A stretch of DNA of 64,000 bases from a bacterium (GTDB lineage Bacteria > UBA8248), in contig OZ241875.1 of assembly GCA_965203325.1 (NCBI GenBank), forward strand, positions 3,456,001 to 3,520,000, given 5' to 3'. Below, one piece after another: positions 43,443 through 53,710 of the stretch. The position numbers and the translations under genes were made by a program. Position 1 is the first letter of the stretch. Every line of letters starts with the position of its first letter. Below the pieces are notes generated by a model. It was not told the origin of the DNA and searched no databases. It saw nothing but the letters and a program-made list of their open reading frames with translations.

Positions 43443-46064
43443 CTAGTCCTGAAACTCTGCGATGCGCTCTGCGCTCTCGCGAAGTTTTTCCGCGCGCTCC
43501 TGCGTTTCGTGAAGACGGTTTTTGTCCTTCTCCACGATCTCGGCGGGCGCGCGTTCGATGAAAGCGGGGTTGGCGAGTTTTTTCTCGAGGCCCGATATCG
43601 CATCGTCCGCGTCGGCGATTTGCTTGTGGAGGCGCTTCAACTCCTCTTCGACGTCGATGAGTCCGCCGATGGGGACGAACGCCTGCCCGTAGCCGAAAAC
43701 GGTGTGGGCCGACGCCTTGGGACGCTCCACGTCGGGGCCGACCTTCCAGTCAGGCGCGATTTTGGCCAGTCGCCGAATCCACTCGGATTCGCGCATGATG
43801 ACGTCGATTTTCTCGGGGTCTTGCACCTGAATTTGCGCGGGCATCTCCTTGTTGGGGGAAATGTTGAGCTCCCCCCGTATGTTTCTGATGCCGCCGATCA
43901 TCTCCGTCAGGGCCTCGAACTCCGCTTCCGCTTGGGGGTCGTCCCACCCCTCCTGTGGCTTCGGCCATTCGGCCACCATGATGCTCTCGCCCGTGCGGTT
44001 CGGAAGTCTTTGCCATATCTCCTCGGTGATGAAGGGGATGATCGGGTGCAGCAGCCTCAGCGTGCGTTCGAGCGCTTCGGCGAGCACGGCGCGGCTGGCG
44101 TCGCCCCGCTCCCCGGAGGTGAGGGCGGGTTTGATGACTTCCAGATACCAGTCGCAGAGCTCATGCCAGGTGAAGTGGTAGAGCGCGAGGGCGGCGTCGT
44201 TGAATCGGTATTCCTCGAGCGCTTCGTCCATCTGGCGCGTCACGCCGTTCAGGCGGCTCAGTATCCACCTGTCCCCGAGGGAGAGTTCTTCTCTGGGCGG
44301 CATGGGCGGAACGCTCTCGCCCAGGTTCATCAGGGTGAAGCGGGCGGCGTTCCAGATTTTGTTGCAGAAGTTCCGGTACCCGGCGATTCGCTCGGTGGAC
44401 AGGCGTATGTCGCGCCCCTGGGCGGCCATCGCGGTGAGGGTGAAGCGCAGTGAATCCGTTCCGAATTCCTCGATGATCTCGAGCGGGTCGATGATGTTCC
44501 CGCGCGTCTTGCTCATCTTGTGTCCCTGCTCGTCCCGCACCAGCGCGTGAATGTAGACGTCGCGGAAGGGGACGTCGTCCATGAACTTGAGCCCCGTCAT
44601 GATCATCCTCGCCACCCAGAAGAAGATGATGTCGAAGCCTGTGACGAGCACGGACGTGGGGTAGAAGTATTTCAGGTCTTCATTGTCGTCCGGCCATCCG
44701 AACGTCGAGAAGGGCCACAGAGCCGAGCTGAACCAGGTGTCGAGCACGTCGGTTTCGCGTCTCAGGTTCGGGTCGCCCGGATCTTCGCGCGAGACGACCA
44801 CCTCCCCGGTGTCGTCGTTGTACCAGGCGGGTATCTGGTGGCCCCACCAGATCTGGCGGCTGATGCACCAGTCCCGGATGTTGTGCATCCACTCGAAATA
44901 GGTGGACTCCCACTGTTTGGGGATGATCTTGATTCGCCCGTCTTCGACGGCGCGTATCGATTCCTCCGCCAGCGGCTTCGCGCGCACGAACCATTGTTTC
45001 GAGAGGTAAGGCTCCACCACCGTGCCGCAGCGGTAGCATCCGCCGATGGCGTGACGATGGGCCTCCACCCCGCGCATCAACCCCTGCGCTTCCATGTCGG
45101 CGACGATGCGCTCGCGCGCCACGAAGCGGTCCAGCCCCTCGTAGGGGCCTCCGTTTTCGTTGATCTTCGCGTCCGGCGTGAGGATGTTGACTTGCGGCAG
45201 GTCGTTTCTGAGGCCCGCCTCGAAATCGTTCGGGTCGTGCGCGGGCGTGACCTTCACGGCGCCGGAGCCGAACTCGGCGTCCACGAAAGAATCCGCGATG
45301 ACGGGGATTTTCCTGTCCAGAAGCGGCAGGCGCAGATGCTCGCCCACGAGGTTCTTGTATCTCTCGTCGTCGGGGTGGACGGCTACGGCCGTATCGCCGA
45401 GCATGGTCTCGGGGCGCGTCGTCGCGATGGTGACGCCGTCCCCGCCGTTCCAGAGCGGGTAGTGAAAATTCCACAGGTGGCCGTCGTGTTCTTCGTGTTC
45501 GACTTCCAGGTCGGAAACGGCCGTCCCGCACCTCGGACACCAGTTCACCAGATAGTTGTCGCGGTAGATCAGCCCCTCTTCATAGAGCCTCACGAAGGCC
45601 TCGCGCACGGCGCGGGAGAGCCCCTCGTCCATCGTGAACCGCTCGCGCTCCCAGTCGCACGAAGCGCCCAGGCGGTGAAGCTGGTGGATGATGGTTCCGC
45701 CGCTCTCGGCCTTCCACTTCCAGACGCGCTCGATGAATTTCTCACGCCCCAGGGATTCGCGCGATTGATTCTCCTCGGCGAGTTGGCGCTCCACCACGTT
45801 CTGGGTGGCGATGCCCGCGTGGTCGGTGCCGGGCATCCAGCAGACGCGCAGGCCGCTCATGCGTTTCCAGCGGACGAGGATGTCCTGCAGGGTATTGTTC
45901 AGGGCGTGTCCCATGTGGAGCGAGCCCGTCACGTTCGGAGGCGGGATGACGATGGAGTAAGGCTCGTGGCTCTCGCTGGGCGCGCCGTGAAAATATCCGC
46001 CCTTCAGCCACTCGGCATACCAGCGATCTTCGGCCCCTTTCGGGTCGTAGCGGGGTTCCAGCAA
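43443..46064 (-). CDS. valS: Valine-tRNA ligase
   Basis: PPPNVTGSLHMGHA, DWCISRQ, DVLDTWFSS, KMSKT, C-terminal coiled coil. Confidence 0.99.
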   Translation of the reverse strand: MLEPRYDPKGAEDRWYAEWLKGGYFHGAPSESHEPYSIVIPPPNVTGSLHMGHALNNTLQDILVRWKRMSGLRVCWMPGTDHAGIATQNVVERQLAEENQSRESLGREKFIERVWKWKAESGGTIIHQLHRLGASCDWERERFTMDEGLSRAVREAFVRLYEEGLIYRDNYLVNWCPRCGTAVSDLEVEHEEHDGHLWNFHYPLWNGGDGVTIATTRPETMLGDTAVAVHPDDERYKNLVGEHLRLPLLDRKIPVIADSFVDAEFGSGAVKVTPAHDPNDFEAGLRNDLPQVNILTPDAKINENGGPYEGLDRFVARERIVADMEAQGLMRGVEAHRHAIGGCYRCGTVVEPYLSKQWFVRAKPLAEESIRAVEDGRIKIIPKQWESTYFEWMHNIRDWCISRQIWWGHQIPAWYNDDTGEVVVSREDPGDPNLRRETDVLDTWFSSALWPFSTFGWPDDNEDLKYFYPTSVLVTGFDIIFFWVARMIMTGLKFMDDVPFRDVYIHALVRDEQGHKMSKTRGNIIDPLEIIEEFGTDSLRFTLTAMAAQGRDIRLSTERIAGYRNFCNKIWNAARFTLMNLGESVPPMPPREELSLGDRWILSRLNGVTRQMDEALEEYRFNDAALALYHFTWHELCDWYLEVIKPALTSGERGDASRAVLAEALERTLRLLHPIIPFITEEIWQRLPNRTGESIMVAEWPKPQEGWDDPQAEAEFEALTEMIGGIRNIRGELNISPNKEMPAQIQVQDPEKIDVIMRESEWIRRLAKIAPDWKVGPDVERPKASAHTVFGYGQAFVPIGGLIDVEEELKRLHKQIADADDAISGLEKKLANPAFIERAPAEIVEKDKNRLHETQERAEKLRESAERIAEFQD

Positions 46065-46067
46065 AAC

Positions 46068-46778
46068 TTATTCTCCGCGTTTGATTTTATCGATTTCTCG
46101 AATGACGATTTTCTCTACGATATAGGGGAGCTGTTTTACCACGGCGTCTTCGATGTGGCTGAGCAACGTGGGGGCGATCTTTTCTGCCGCTTCTTCCAGA
46201 TGTTTGCCGATTATGGGAGCGAGTGTTTCGCTGTCGAGGGCGAGCGGGGCGTCGGAGGGGGCGACTTGCTGCTCATCGCTGGCAGATTCCGCGCCTTCCG
46301 CTTCGGCGGAAAGCGTTCCAACGGATTCCCCTATGGCGTCTCCTGAAGAGGAGGGCGATTCCTCTATCCCGATTTCCGGGGAATCGGGCTCCGGTGTCGA
46401 TGTGCTATGTCCATGACCGATGATGCGCTCCACTTCGTCCGTGAATACCACCGGTTTGAACGGTTTTTCGATGTTCGCCACCGCGCCCACTTCCTGGATT
46501 TCCTCATCGCTGACGCTGTTGCGCGTGCTCGTTAAAACGAGGAGAGGGACTTGGGAGAGTTCCGGTTTTTCGCGCAGGCGACGGCAAAAGGCCAAGCCGT
46601 CGGAACCCTCCATGTCCAGGCTCGCGACGACGACGTCCGGCGCCGCATTCTCCGCCATTTCAAGCGCTTCGTCTGCATTCTCGGCTATCTGGACGTCGAT
46701 TCCCTTATCCCTGTAGGCCAATTCCACGACGCGTTGCACCAGGAGGCTTTCATCGAGGAGAAGTAATTTGGTTGTCAT
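46068..46778 (-). CDS. Atypical response regulator with RomR/PopZ-like C-terminus
   Basis: Receiver fold with KPF but Ser at the phosphoacceptor position; acidic Ser/Pro linker; tail LPYIVEKIVIREIDKI; ATG 46778 behind GAGGA. Confidence 0.75.
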   Translation of the reverse strand: MTTKLLLLDESLLVQRVVELAYRDKGIDVQIAENADEALEMAENAAPDVVVASLDMEGSDGLAFCRRLREKPELSQVPLLVLTSTRNSVSDEEIQEVGAVANIEKPFKPVVFTDEVERIIGHGHSTSTPEPDSPEIGIEESPSSSGDAIGESVGTLSAEAEGAESASDEQQVAPSDAPLALDSETLAPIIGKHLEEAAEKIAPTLLSHIEDAVVKQLPYIVEKIVIREIDKIKRGE

Positions 46779-46934
46779 ATGATCGGTCCTCGTCCGGTCG
46801 TTCGCTGGATGAGCCGAAAGGACGATAAAAGCCAGCAGTCCACGCTCAAATATCTTTGCAACTCTTGAGCCTTCTTGCGCCGGGCAACTGGTTGACAATC
46901 ATGCCACCACCGCAATTCCGGGGTCAACCAGTTT

Positions 46935-48002
46935 CTATTTGCGCTGGTACCGGTTCACGGCGCGGCGGTGTTCGCGGTACGTGCGGGAAAATCGATGGCC
47001 GCCTTCCTTGGTGGCCACGAAATACAGGTATTTCACCTTGGCGGGATTCAAGGCCGATTTGATGGATTCCAGCCCCGGGCTGGCGATGGGGCCCGGGGGA
47101 AGTCCCCGGTGGAGGTAGGTGTTGTAGGGTGAATCGTATCGCAAATCTTTTTTGGTGATGTTTCCGTCGAAACGGGGAAGCCCGTATATGACGGTGGGGT
47201 CGCTCTGGAGGCGCATTCTTCGTTTGAGCCGGTTGATGAACACGGCGGCGATGAGTGGCCGTTCGCTGCGGAGAGATGTCTCTTTTTCGATAATCGAGGC
47301 GAGGGTGAGCGCCTGGTGCATGGTGAATCCCATCGTTTTCGCCTGCTCTCTGAGAGCGGGCGAGAATTTCCTCCGCATCGTGCGAACCATGAAATCCAGG
47401 ATTTTCTTCGACGAGGCGCCCACCGGGAATTGATACGTGTCGGGGAATAGATATCCCTCGATGGAGGCCGCGGAAATCTTGAGTTCCCGAAGGAAAGAAG
47501 GATCGCGGGAGAGTCTGAGAATTTCCTCTTCGTCTGCGAGTTTCGCACGGTGAATCGTTCGAGCGATTTCCCGGACGTTGTAACCCTCGGGAATGGTGAA
47601 CGTGCGCCGGGCGACTCTGCCCTCCGACAGATGCCGGTATATCTCTCGAGGCGACATGGATGCTTTGAGCGCATAGACGCCGGCCTGAATGCTTGTTGCG
47701 CCGCCTCTGAGTCTGGCCTGTAAATGGAACAACCCGGGGTTTTGAATCAGGCGGTTTTTCTCCAGCAATTCGAGTATTTGGGCGAAGGACATGCCCGGGC
47801 GGATGTGGACGTGTTTCGTTTCATTCGCCTTGGGGTTCGCGGGCCGACGGAATTCATCGTCGAGATATTGATAGCCGATGAAAGCGGCCAGGACGATGGA
47901 GGAGAAAAGGGCGACGAGGATTTTCCCGAGCCGCCTCTTCTTGGCGGGAGGCGATGTTTCCGGCGCATCGGATTCTTCGGGGGGATTTTCTTGTTCACTC
48001 AT
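46935..48002 (-). CDS. mltG: Endolytic transglycosylase MltG
   Basis: TIPEG, EGYLFPDTY, LASIIEKET, LQSDPT, SPYNTY, GLPPGPI. Confidence 0.96.
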   Translation of the reverse strand: MSEQENPPEESDAPETSPPAKKRRLGKILVALFSSIVLAAFIGYQYLDDEFRRPANPKANETKHVHIRPGMSFAQILELLEKNRLIQNPGLFHLQARLRGGATSIQAGVYALKASMSPREIYRHLSEGRVARRTFTIPEGYNVREIARTIHRAKLADEEEILRLSRDPSFLRELKISAASIEGYLFPDTYQFPVGASSKKILDFMVRTMRRKFSPALREQAKTMGFTMHQALTLASIIEKETSLRSERPLIAAVFINRLKRRMRLQSDPTVIYGLPRFDGNITKKDLRYDSPYNTYLHRGLPPGPIASPGLESIKSALNPAKVKYLYFVATKEGGHRFSRTYREHRRAVNRYQRK

Positions 48003-48438
48003 GGGAAATCGCGCGTTCCATCCTCTGATGATCCAGGTACGCCTGTAGTATGAGTTGCGCCGCGATGACGTCGCGCTTTTTTATCTTTTTGCTCGGCCTG
48101 GTTTCCGTTTCATTCAAAACCCGGTCCGCCTGCGTCGTGCTGAGCCGCTCGTCCCATTTCTCGACGGGGATCGCTAAATTGTTCCGCAGAAATTTCACGA
48201 GCCTTCTGGTGCGCTTCGCCCTGGACGTATCCCGGTTCGAGAGTCCGACGGGGTGCCCCACAACCAGCAGATGAACATCATGCTCACGGATGATGCCGCT
48301 TACCTCGTCGAGCAGTTGCGCATCACTTCGCCTTTCGATGAGGCCGAGTGGCTGGGACGTCAGACCGAGTGAGTCGCTGATGGCGAGGCCCACGCGTTTT
48401 TCGCCGAAGTCCATTCCCAGGATTCGGGGATGACTCAT
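47995..48438 (-). CDS. ruvX: YqgF/RuvX family nuclease
   Basis: LGMDFGEKRVGLAISD, WDERLST, AAQLILQ.YL. Confidence 0.94.
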   Translation of the reverse strand: MSHPRILGMDFGEKRVGLAISDSLGLTSQPLGLIERRSDAQLLDEVSGIIREHDVHLLVVGHPVGLSNRDTSRAKRTRRLVKFLRNNLAIPVEKWDERLSTTQADRVLNETETRPSKKIKKRDVIAAQLILQAYLDHQRMERAISHE

Positions 48439-50054
48439 TTTTTTCCGGTTTTCGTCTTCGTCTCGCCGGGATAGAACATTTCGATCTGGAATCGTTCAAG
48501 CGTGGAATGGGTCGCCCTATCCAATGAGGCGAGAGATTTGTGGTAGTCGATGAGCGCCCGGGTTTCTTCCGTCAGCGCGTTGGCCAGCCTTTCCTGGTCT
48601 TCGAGAATGTTTCTGCTCGTCGAGAGGCCGACCTTGAATTTCTTCTCCTGGGCGTCGAGGCGCTCCTCCGCCAGCCTTCTGGCGACGCGCGTCGCCTCGA
48701 TTCTTTTTACGTTTACGCGAACCCGGCGCGCGTTGCGACGGACTTCCTCCATGATGGCCTGTTGCGTTTGATGGTAGGAGGCCACCGTTTGGGCGTGCCG
48801 GAGTTGCGCCTGGCGGTAGTCCGCGTTCGCTCTCCTGTTCCCGAGGGGGATGCGGAACGAAACGCCGCCGGAGAAGGTGTAATTTTCGTTCTTGAATTGC
48901 TCTTCAAAAGCTCTTCCTTCGGTTTCCGCAAGAGAGTTGTTGGATGCCGATGCGTTCAAGTTGACTTCGGGAAGCAGGTTTTGCTCCGCCACTTTCATGT
49001 CGATTTTTCTTTTGTCGATTTCGATGCGGGCGTTCTCCAGCGCCGCATGCTTGCGCAAGGCGTCGAGCGTGAGTTTCATCTCGTCCACCTGAACCACCTG
49101 AAATTCGGGCTTGTCCTTCGGCAGAATGCTGATGCTCCAGGCAGAGGGCTCCTCCGCTACGTTGAGCAGCATTTTCAGGGTGTCTTCCCTGTCCTTGACT
49201 TCGCGCTCCGCTACGAGAAGGGCTTCTTCCCGGGAGGCGACGGTGGCTTCCGCCTCCGTTATCTCTATCGGAGCGAGCGTGCCGACCTCGACCTGAATCT
49301 TGTTCCGGCGCAAGAGATCCTTCGCGAGGTCGAGAGACTTTCGCCTGAACTGGAGATTTTCGATGGAGAAGACGAGGTTCCAGTAAGCCTGTTGAACGGC
49401 GTCCACCGTCTGGATAACCCTGCTTCGATACGCATGAAGCGTTTGTTCTTTCGTGGCCATGGCCACCTTGATCCTGGCCCGGTTGATATTGATGCCGAAA
49501 TTCTTGAGCAAGGGTTGTTCGATGGTGAAAGTGAGACTGGTCTGGTAGCTCGGGTCGAAACGGTTCTGTGGAGAGTTTGTCGATTCCCTGATGTTTCGCA
49601 GGATGAGCGAATACTCGGCGCCCGTGATGATTCTCTGGCGGATGCCGGCCGCGATACCCAGGCTGTCGCTTTCCCGTATGCCCCCGGTCGCGTTGAATGC
49701 GCTGTTCGCAGAGCCTAGCTTGGATTTGCTGGCGCTCGCGTCCACAAAGGCCTGGGGGTCGAAGGCGGAGCGTTCCCTGGTGACGTTGCTTTCCGCGATG
49801 TCGGGGTCGAACCCGGCGATGGTGATGTCGAAATTGCGCGCGAGGGCGATGCTCACGGCTTCTCGTATGGACAGCGCGATGCGAGGGCCACTTATGCTCG
49901 GCGGTGCCACGTTGCTGCGTGGACGTTCGAAAGAAGTTTCCGCAGACATGCCGGACGTTGCGGCGGGGGCTGCGTCCGCGAGAAGGAGTGAGGGAAAAGA
50001 GATGAGAACCGAAAGCGCAATACACCGGAAAGACAATAATTTGGGCGGTCTCAT
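48435..50054 (-). CDS. TolC family outer membrane protein
   Basis: Signal peptide, two OEP-like repeats, QPLLKNFG, AYWNL, F.IPLGNR.A. Confidence 0.88.
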   Translation of the reverse strand: MRPPKLLSFRCIALSVLISFPSLLLADAAPAATSGMSAETSFERPRSNVAPPSISGPRIALSIREAVSIALARNFDITIAGFDPDIAESNVTRERSAFDPQAFVDASASKSKLGSANSAFNATGGIRESDSLGIAAGIRQRIITGAEYSLILRNIRESTNSPQNRFDPSYQTSLTFTIEQPLLKNFGININRARIKVAMATKEQTLHAYRSRVIQTVDAVQQAYWNLVFSIENLQFRRKSLDLAKDLLRRNKIQVEVGTLAPIEITEAEATVASREEALLVAEREVKDREDTLKMLLNVAEEPSAWSISILPKDKPEFQVVQVDEMKLTLDALRKHAALENARIEIDKRKIDMKVAEQNLLPEVNLNASASNNSLAETEGRAFEEQFKNENYTFSGGVSFRIPLGNRRANADYRQAQLRHAQTVASYHQTQQAIMEEVRRNARRVRVNVKRIEATRVARRLAEERLDAQEKKFKVGLSTSRNILEDQERLANALTEETRALIDYHKSLASLDRATHSTLERFQIEMFYPGETKTKTGKK

Positions 50055-50352
50055 ATAAGATATCGCTCCACGTTACCGGCGGCGTAGACCATGAATCGCT
50101 TTTGCCGTGAATCTACCCATCATTCCCGCGATCAAGTTCTCCGGCTTCTTGTGGACATATTACTCATATCGGGACGAAAAGGGAAATGAGTTTTTGTTTT
50201 TCCATCGGTTACTCTTTGTAAATGCGGGGGATAGAGCGTTGCCCCTTCTTTTCTTGCGCAAGTGCGCTACGCTCTGCTAGAAAGATTTTCGGGAGAGACC
50301 TATGGTTCGCAGTTGTATTTCGTGAGCAGCGATTTTTTGAGGTGAGCGAGCG

Positions 50353-51285
50353 GTGGAAGTTTTTGAGGGAGTAGACGCCTATGATTCTGAGGGTTCTCCT
50401 TCGGTATTGAGCATCGGGAATTTTGACGGTGTTCATCTCGCTCATAGAGAGATTTGCCGGTTCATCAAGGAAGAGGCCGCCCGGCGCGGCGGCCGGAGCG
50501 TCATACTGACGTTCGAGCCGCACCCGCTCTCCGTGGTCGCCCCCGAAAGACGCCCCCCTCTGATGACGACCTTGGAAGAAAAGCTGGCCCGCCTGGAAGC
50601 CCGGAACGTCGACGCCGTGGTGGTCGAGAAATTCACGCCTTTCCTGGCGCAAACCGAAGCGGGGGATTTCGTGCGGCGCATTATCGGCGAGGGCCTCAAA
50701 GCCGCGTTGGTGGTGATCGGCTTCAATTTCCGGTTCGGGAAAGGACGCGCGGGAAATGTCGAACTGCTGCAGGAAGCGGGGGCCGACGCCGGGTTCGAAA
50801 CGCACGTGCTGGAGCCTTATATGTTCGAGGGGCGGCGGGTCAGCAGCACGGAGATACGAAAGCTGTTGCTGAGCGGAGCGGTCGAGGAGGCCGCACGCCG
50901 GTTGGGGCAGCACCATATGATAGAAGGGCGGGTGGTCCGGGGCGACGGGCGGGGCCGCCAAATCGGCATACCGACCGCCAACGTGGACTATCCGCCCATC
51001 CTGATTCCCGAAAACGGGGTGTACGCCTGCCGCGTGCAGATAGACGGCAGGGAGGGCCCCCGGTATCCCGCCGTGACGAACATCGGCAATCGCCCCACGT
51101 TCGATAAAAAGGAAGTGACTCTCGAAACCCATCTGCTCGATTGGGAAGGGGACCTTTACGAAAAATCCATTCGGGTGGAGTTCGTCTCCCGCCTGCGCGA
51201 GGAGAAGAAGTTTTCAGGCCCCGAAGAACTCGTCCGGCAAATTCACGTCGATATCGAAAACGGGCGGAAAAAATTGAGCGCCTAG
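50353..51285 (+). CDS. ribF: Bifunctional riboflavin kinase / FAD synthetase
   Basis: IGNFDGVH, TFEPHP, SSTEIR, G.PTAN, ETHLLD. Confidence 0.96.
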   Translation: MEVFEGVDAYDSEGSPSVLSIGNFDGVHLAHREICRFIKEEAARRGGRSVILTFEPHPLSVVAPERRPPLMTTLEEKLARLEARNVDAVVVEKFTPFLAQTEAGDFVRRIIGEGLKAALVVIGFNFRFGKGRAGNVELLQEAGADAGFETHVLEPYMFEGRRVSSTEIRKLLLSGAVEEAARRLGQHHMIEGRVVRGDGRGRQIGIPTANVDYPPILIPENGVYACRVQIDGREGPRYPAVTNIGNRPTFDKKEVTLETHLLDWEGDLYEKSIRVEFVSRLREEKKFSGPEELVRQIHVDIENGRKKLSA

Positions 51286-51908
51286 GCCAGAAGGGCCGCC
51301 ACGCCGTCATAGATGAAGAAAACCCCGAATCCGAGCATCACCCACGCGCAGCCCTGCTCGATTCTCATCCACCCGGCTTCACTGATCATGCGGCTCCCCT
51401 GGTTCGACGACCATGTGACGAAGACGGCCCATACCGCATCCGCCAGCAGGTGAACGACGGTCATGCCCGCCAGACCGGCCAGCCACCCGAATTCGCTCGT
51501 CCGGGCGATGAGGCTCGCGCCGATCGTGAGCCACCACAAAATCCAGTAGGGATTCAAAAGCGTGAGCAGGACGCCGCCGGTGAGTGAGTTGCACTCCAGA
51601 ACGCTTCTTTGCTCTGGCGCGGCGGGATGGAAACTCCGGAACACGCCGCTTCCCAGGTAGATGAGGACGCCGCCGCCCAGCAGGGAAACGCCTTCGCGTA
51701 TCCCCTGGATTTCAAAGAATGGCTGAAGCCCGGCGTAAAGGGCGATGATGAGCGGGACTTCGGCCAGAGCGTGGCCGAGAGTGACCCGGATTCCCGCCCA
51801 CGGGCTTTCCCTGCCGCGCGCGATGAGGAATGCGGTGAGAGGACCCGGCGACATGACGCCGCTCAGCGAGATGACGGTGATGAATCCGTAAAATGCGAGC
51901 AGGTTCAT
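51282..51908 (-). CDS. LysE family transporter
   Basis: SGVMSPGP, GH...E, LLNPYWILWW.TIG; hydrophobic throughout. Confidence 0.85.
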   Translation of the reverse strand: MNLLAFYGFITVISLSGVMSPGPLTAFLIARGRESPWAGIRVTLGHALAEVPLIIALYAGLQPFFEIQGIREGVSLLGGGVLIYLGSGVFRSFHPAAPEQRSVLECNSLTGGVLLTLLNPYWILWWLTIGASLIARTSEFGWLAGLAGMTVVHLLADAVWAVFVTWSSNQGSRMISEAGWMRIEQGCAWVMLGFGVFFIYDGVAALLA

Positions 51909-52150
51909 GCCTTCGGGTCTGTCTCATCGAGTAGGCGGCGCAATCGCTCGGCGTCCAGGTGATATTTGAAAACCTTCGTCTCGCCCAGATAGCCGACGGG
52001 CACCTCCTCGCCGTACAGGCGGATTAGCTTCGGATCCGTATCCACGTCGACCTCTTCGATGGCAAGGTCCGGGAAGTGGTGCATCATCGCCGCTTTCGCC
52101 TCGTCGCATAGATGACACTCGTTTCGCGTATAGAGCGTAATTTTGCGCAT
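51905..52150 (-). CDS. Glutaredoxin-like protein (DUF836 type)
   Basis: ITLYTR..CHLC, EEVDVD, YGEEVPV. Confidence 0.88.
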   Translation of the reverse strand: MRKITLYTRNECHLCDEAKAAMMHHFPDLAIEEVDVDTDPKLIRLYGEEVPVGYLGETKVFKYHLDAERLRRLLDETDPKA

Positions 52151-52241
52151 ATCTTCCCACACCTTGGCTGGATTCGAAGTTGTCCTGCCTTCGTTGAACT
52201 ATACCAAATGATGAGATGGTTTGATTCATCGACTCGAATCC

Positions 52242-52270
52242 TTGACAACGCATTCGCCCCCCGATATAGG
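52242..52270 (+). promoter_or_regulatory. Putative tRNA promoter
   Basis: TTGACA-17 bp-TATAGG. Confidence 0.5.
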
Positions 52271-52290
52271 GAATGACTACCAATCTTCTC

Positions 52291-52377
52291 GCCGGAGTGG
52301 CGGAACTGGTAGACGCGCTAGATTCAGGTTCTAGTGGGCTTCGGCCCGTGGAGGTTCAAGTCCTCTCTCCGGCACCA
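52291..52377 (+). tRNA. tRNA-Leu (anticodon CAG)
   Basis: Acceptor stem GCCGGAG/CTCCGGC, anticodon arm CTAGA-TTCAGGT-TCTAG, long variable arm GGGCTTCGGCCC, GTTCAAGT T-loop, encoded CCA. Confidence 0.97.
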
Positions 52378-52431
52378 ATAAAATCATAACGGTTCTTGCA
52401 CAGGTTCGCGTTTTTCGATTCGGGAGACTGC

Positions 52432-53685
52432 ATGAAGATCGTCGAGGACAAGCTTTCCAACGGGGTTCGCGTGGTGACGGCGGAACGCGCGGAATCGGCG
52501 GCCGTGGCGTTCCATATCTATTTCGGCTGCGGCGGCCGGCACGAGCGCGACGAGGTGGTGGGCGTTTCACATGCGCTGGAACACATGGTCTTCAAGGGTA
52601 CTCCCTCGAGAACGACGCTCGACATCGCGCGCGAGATGGAAGGCAACGGCGCGTCCATCAACGCGAACACGGCGCCCGAGCGCACTTGTTATCACTTCAC
52701 GGCGCCGGCCGATGCGTTCGCCACCGTGCTGGAAGTCTATGCGGACGCGGTGAACAACTGCCTGCTGGACAAGGACGAGTGGGACCGGGAGCGGATGGTC
52801 ATCCTGGAAGAGTTGAAGATGTATGAGGACATGCCGCGTATCTGGGTGTCAGATATGCTCGAGACCACCGTCTACAACCTGCAGATGGGCGTCATCGGGG
52901 ACCGCGATACCATCAACGCGATAGAACCCGAACACATGCGCGAGTTGATAGAGAAATGGTACACCCCCGGCAATACGGTGATCTCCGTGGCGGGCGGCGT
53001 GAAGCATGAAGAAGTGATGGCGCTCTCCGAGCAGCACTTCGGGGGCCGGGCCGGCAGCGATGAGAAGCCTCTCTCCCCCGGCTTGCCCGGGGAGAGCAAG
53101 GCCAAAATCGTGGATCAGGCCCGCCAGACGGATCAGGTGAACCTCGCGATCGGGTTTCGCGCCTTTGGCCTCAATCACGAGGACGCCGCCCCGCTTCGCG
53201 TCATGTGCAACATCCTGGGCGGAAAGATGAGCAGCCGGTTATTCACCGAAGTGCGCGAGAAGCGGGGGCTCGCCTACAGCGTGGGCGCAGCACCACACCG
53301 TTATACCGATACGGGCATGGTGGAACTGAAGGCGGGCGTCGCGCTTGAAAAGGCGGTGGAGGCGACCGAGGTGATGCTCTCCGAAACGGGCAGGTTCAAG
53401 AGCGAACCCGTAACGGGTGATGAACTGGACGAAGCGAAGCGCTACATCAAGGGAAATCTCCAGATACACGAGAGTTCGCAATACCATGCGGGCCGAAACG
53501 GCTCGAACCTCATGCTCAAGGGCAAGGTGTATCCCGTGGAAGAGGAGTTGGCGGATATCGACTCCGTGAATGAGGAAGATATCCAGCGGGTGGCGGGCGC
53601 GGTCTTTCAGGAAGACGGGCTCACCGCCGCCGTGATCGCGGAGCGAGAACTCGGCTCCGAACTCGAAGCAGCCCTCAAAATTTAG
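52432..53685 (+). CDS. M16 family (pitrilysin-like) zinc peptidase
   Basis: HALEH inverted zinc motif, SSRLF.EVREKRGLAY. Confidence 0.93.
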   Translation: MKIVEDKLSNGVRVVTAERAESAAVAFHIYFGCGGRHERDEVVGVSHALEHMVFKGTPSRTTLDIAREMEGNGASINANTAPERTCYHFTAPADAFATVLEVYADAVNNCLLDKDEWDRERMVILEELKMYEDMPRIWVSDMLETTVYNLQMGVIGDRDTINAIEPEHMRELIEKWYTPGNTVISVAGGVKHEEVMALSEQHFGGRAGSDEKPLSPGLPGESKAKIVDQARQTDQVNLAIGFRAFGLNHEDAAPLRVMCNILGGKMSSRLFTEVREKRGLAYSVGAAPHRYTDTGMVELKAGVALEKAVEATEVMLSETGRFKSEPVTGDELDEAKRYIKGNLQIHESSQYHAGRNGSNLMLKGKVYPVEEELADIDSVNEEDIQRVAGAVFQEDGLTAAVIAERELGSELEAALKI

Positions 53686-53710
53686 CCTTATAAAATAAAC
53701 CTGCGATAAG

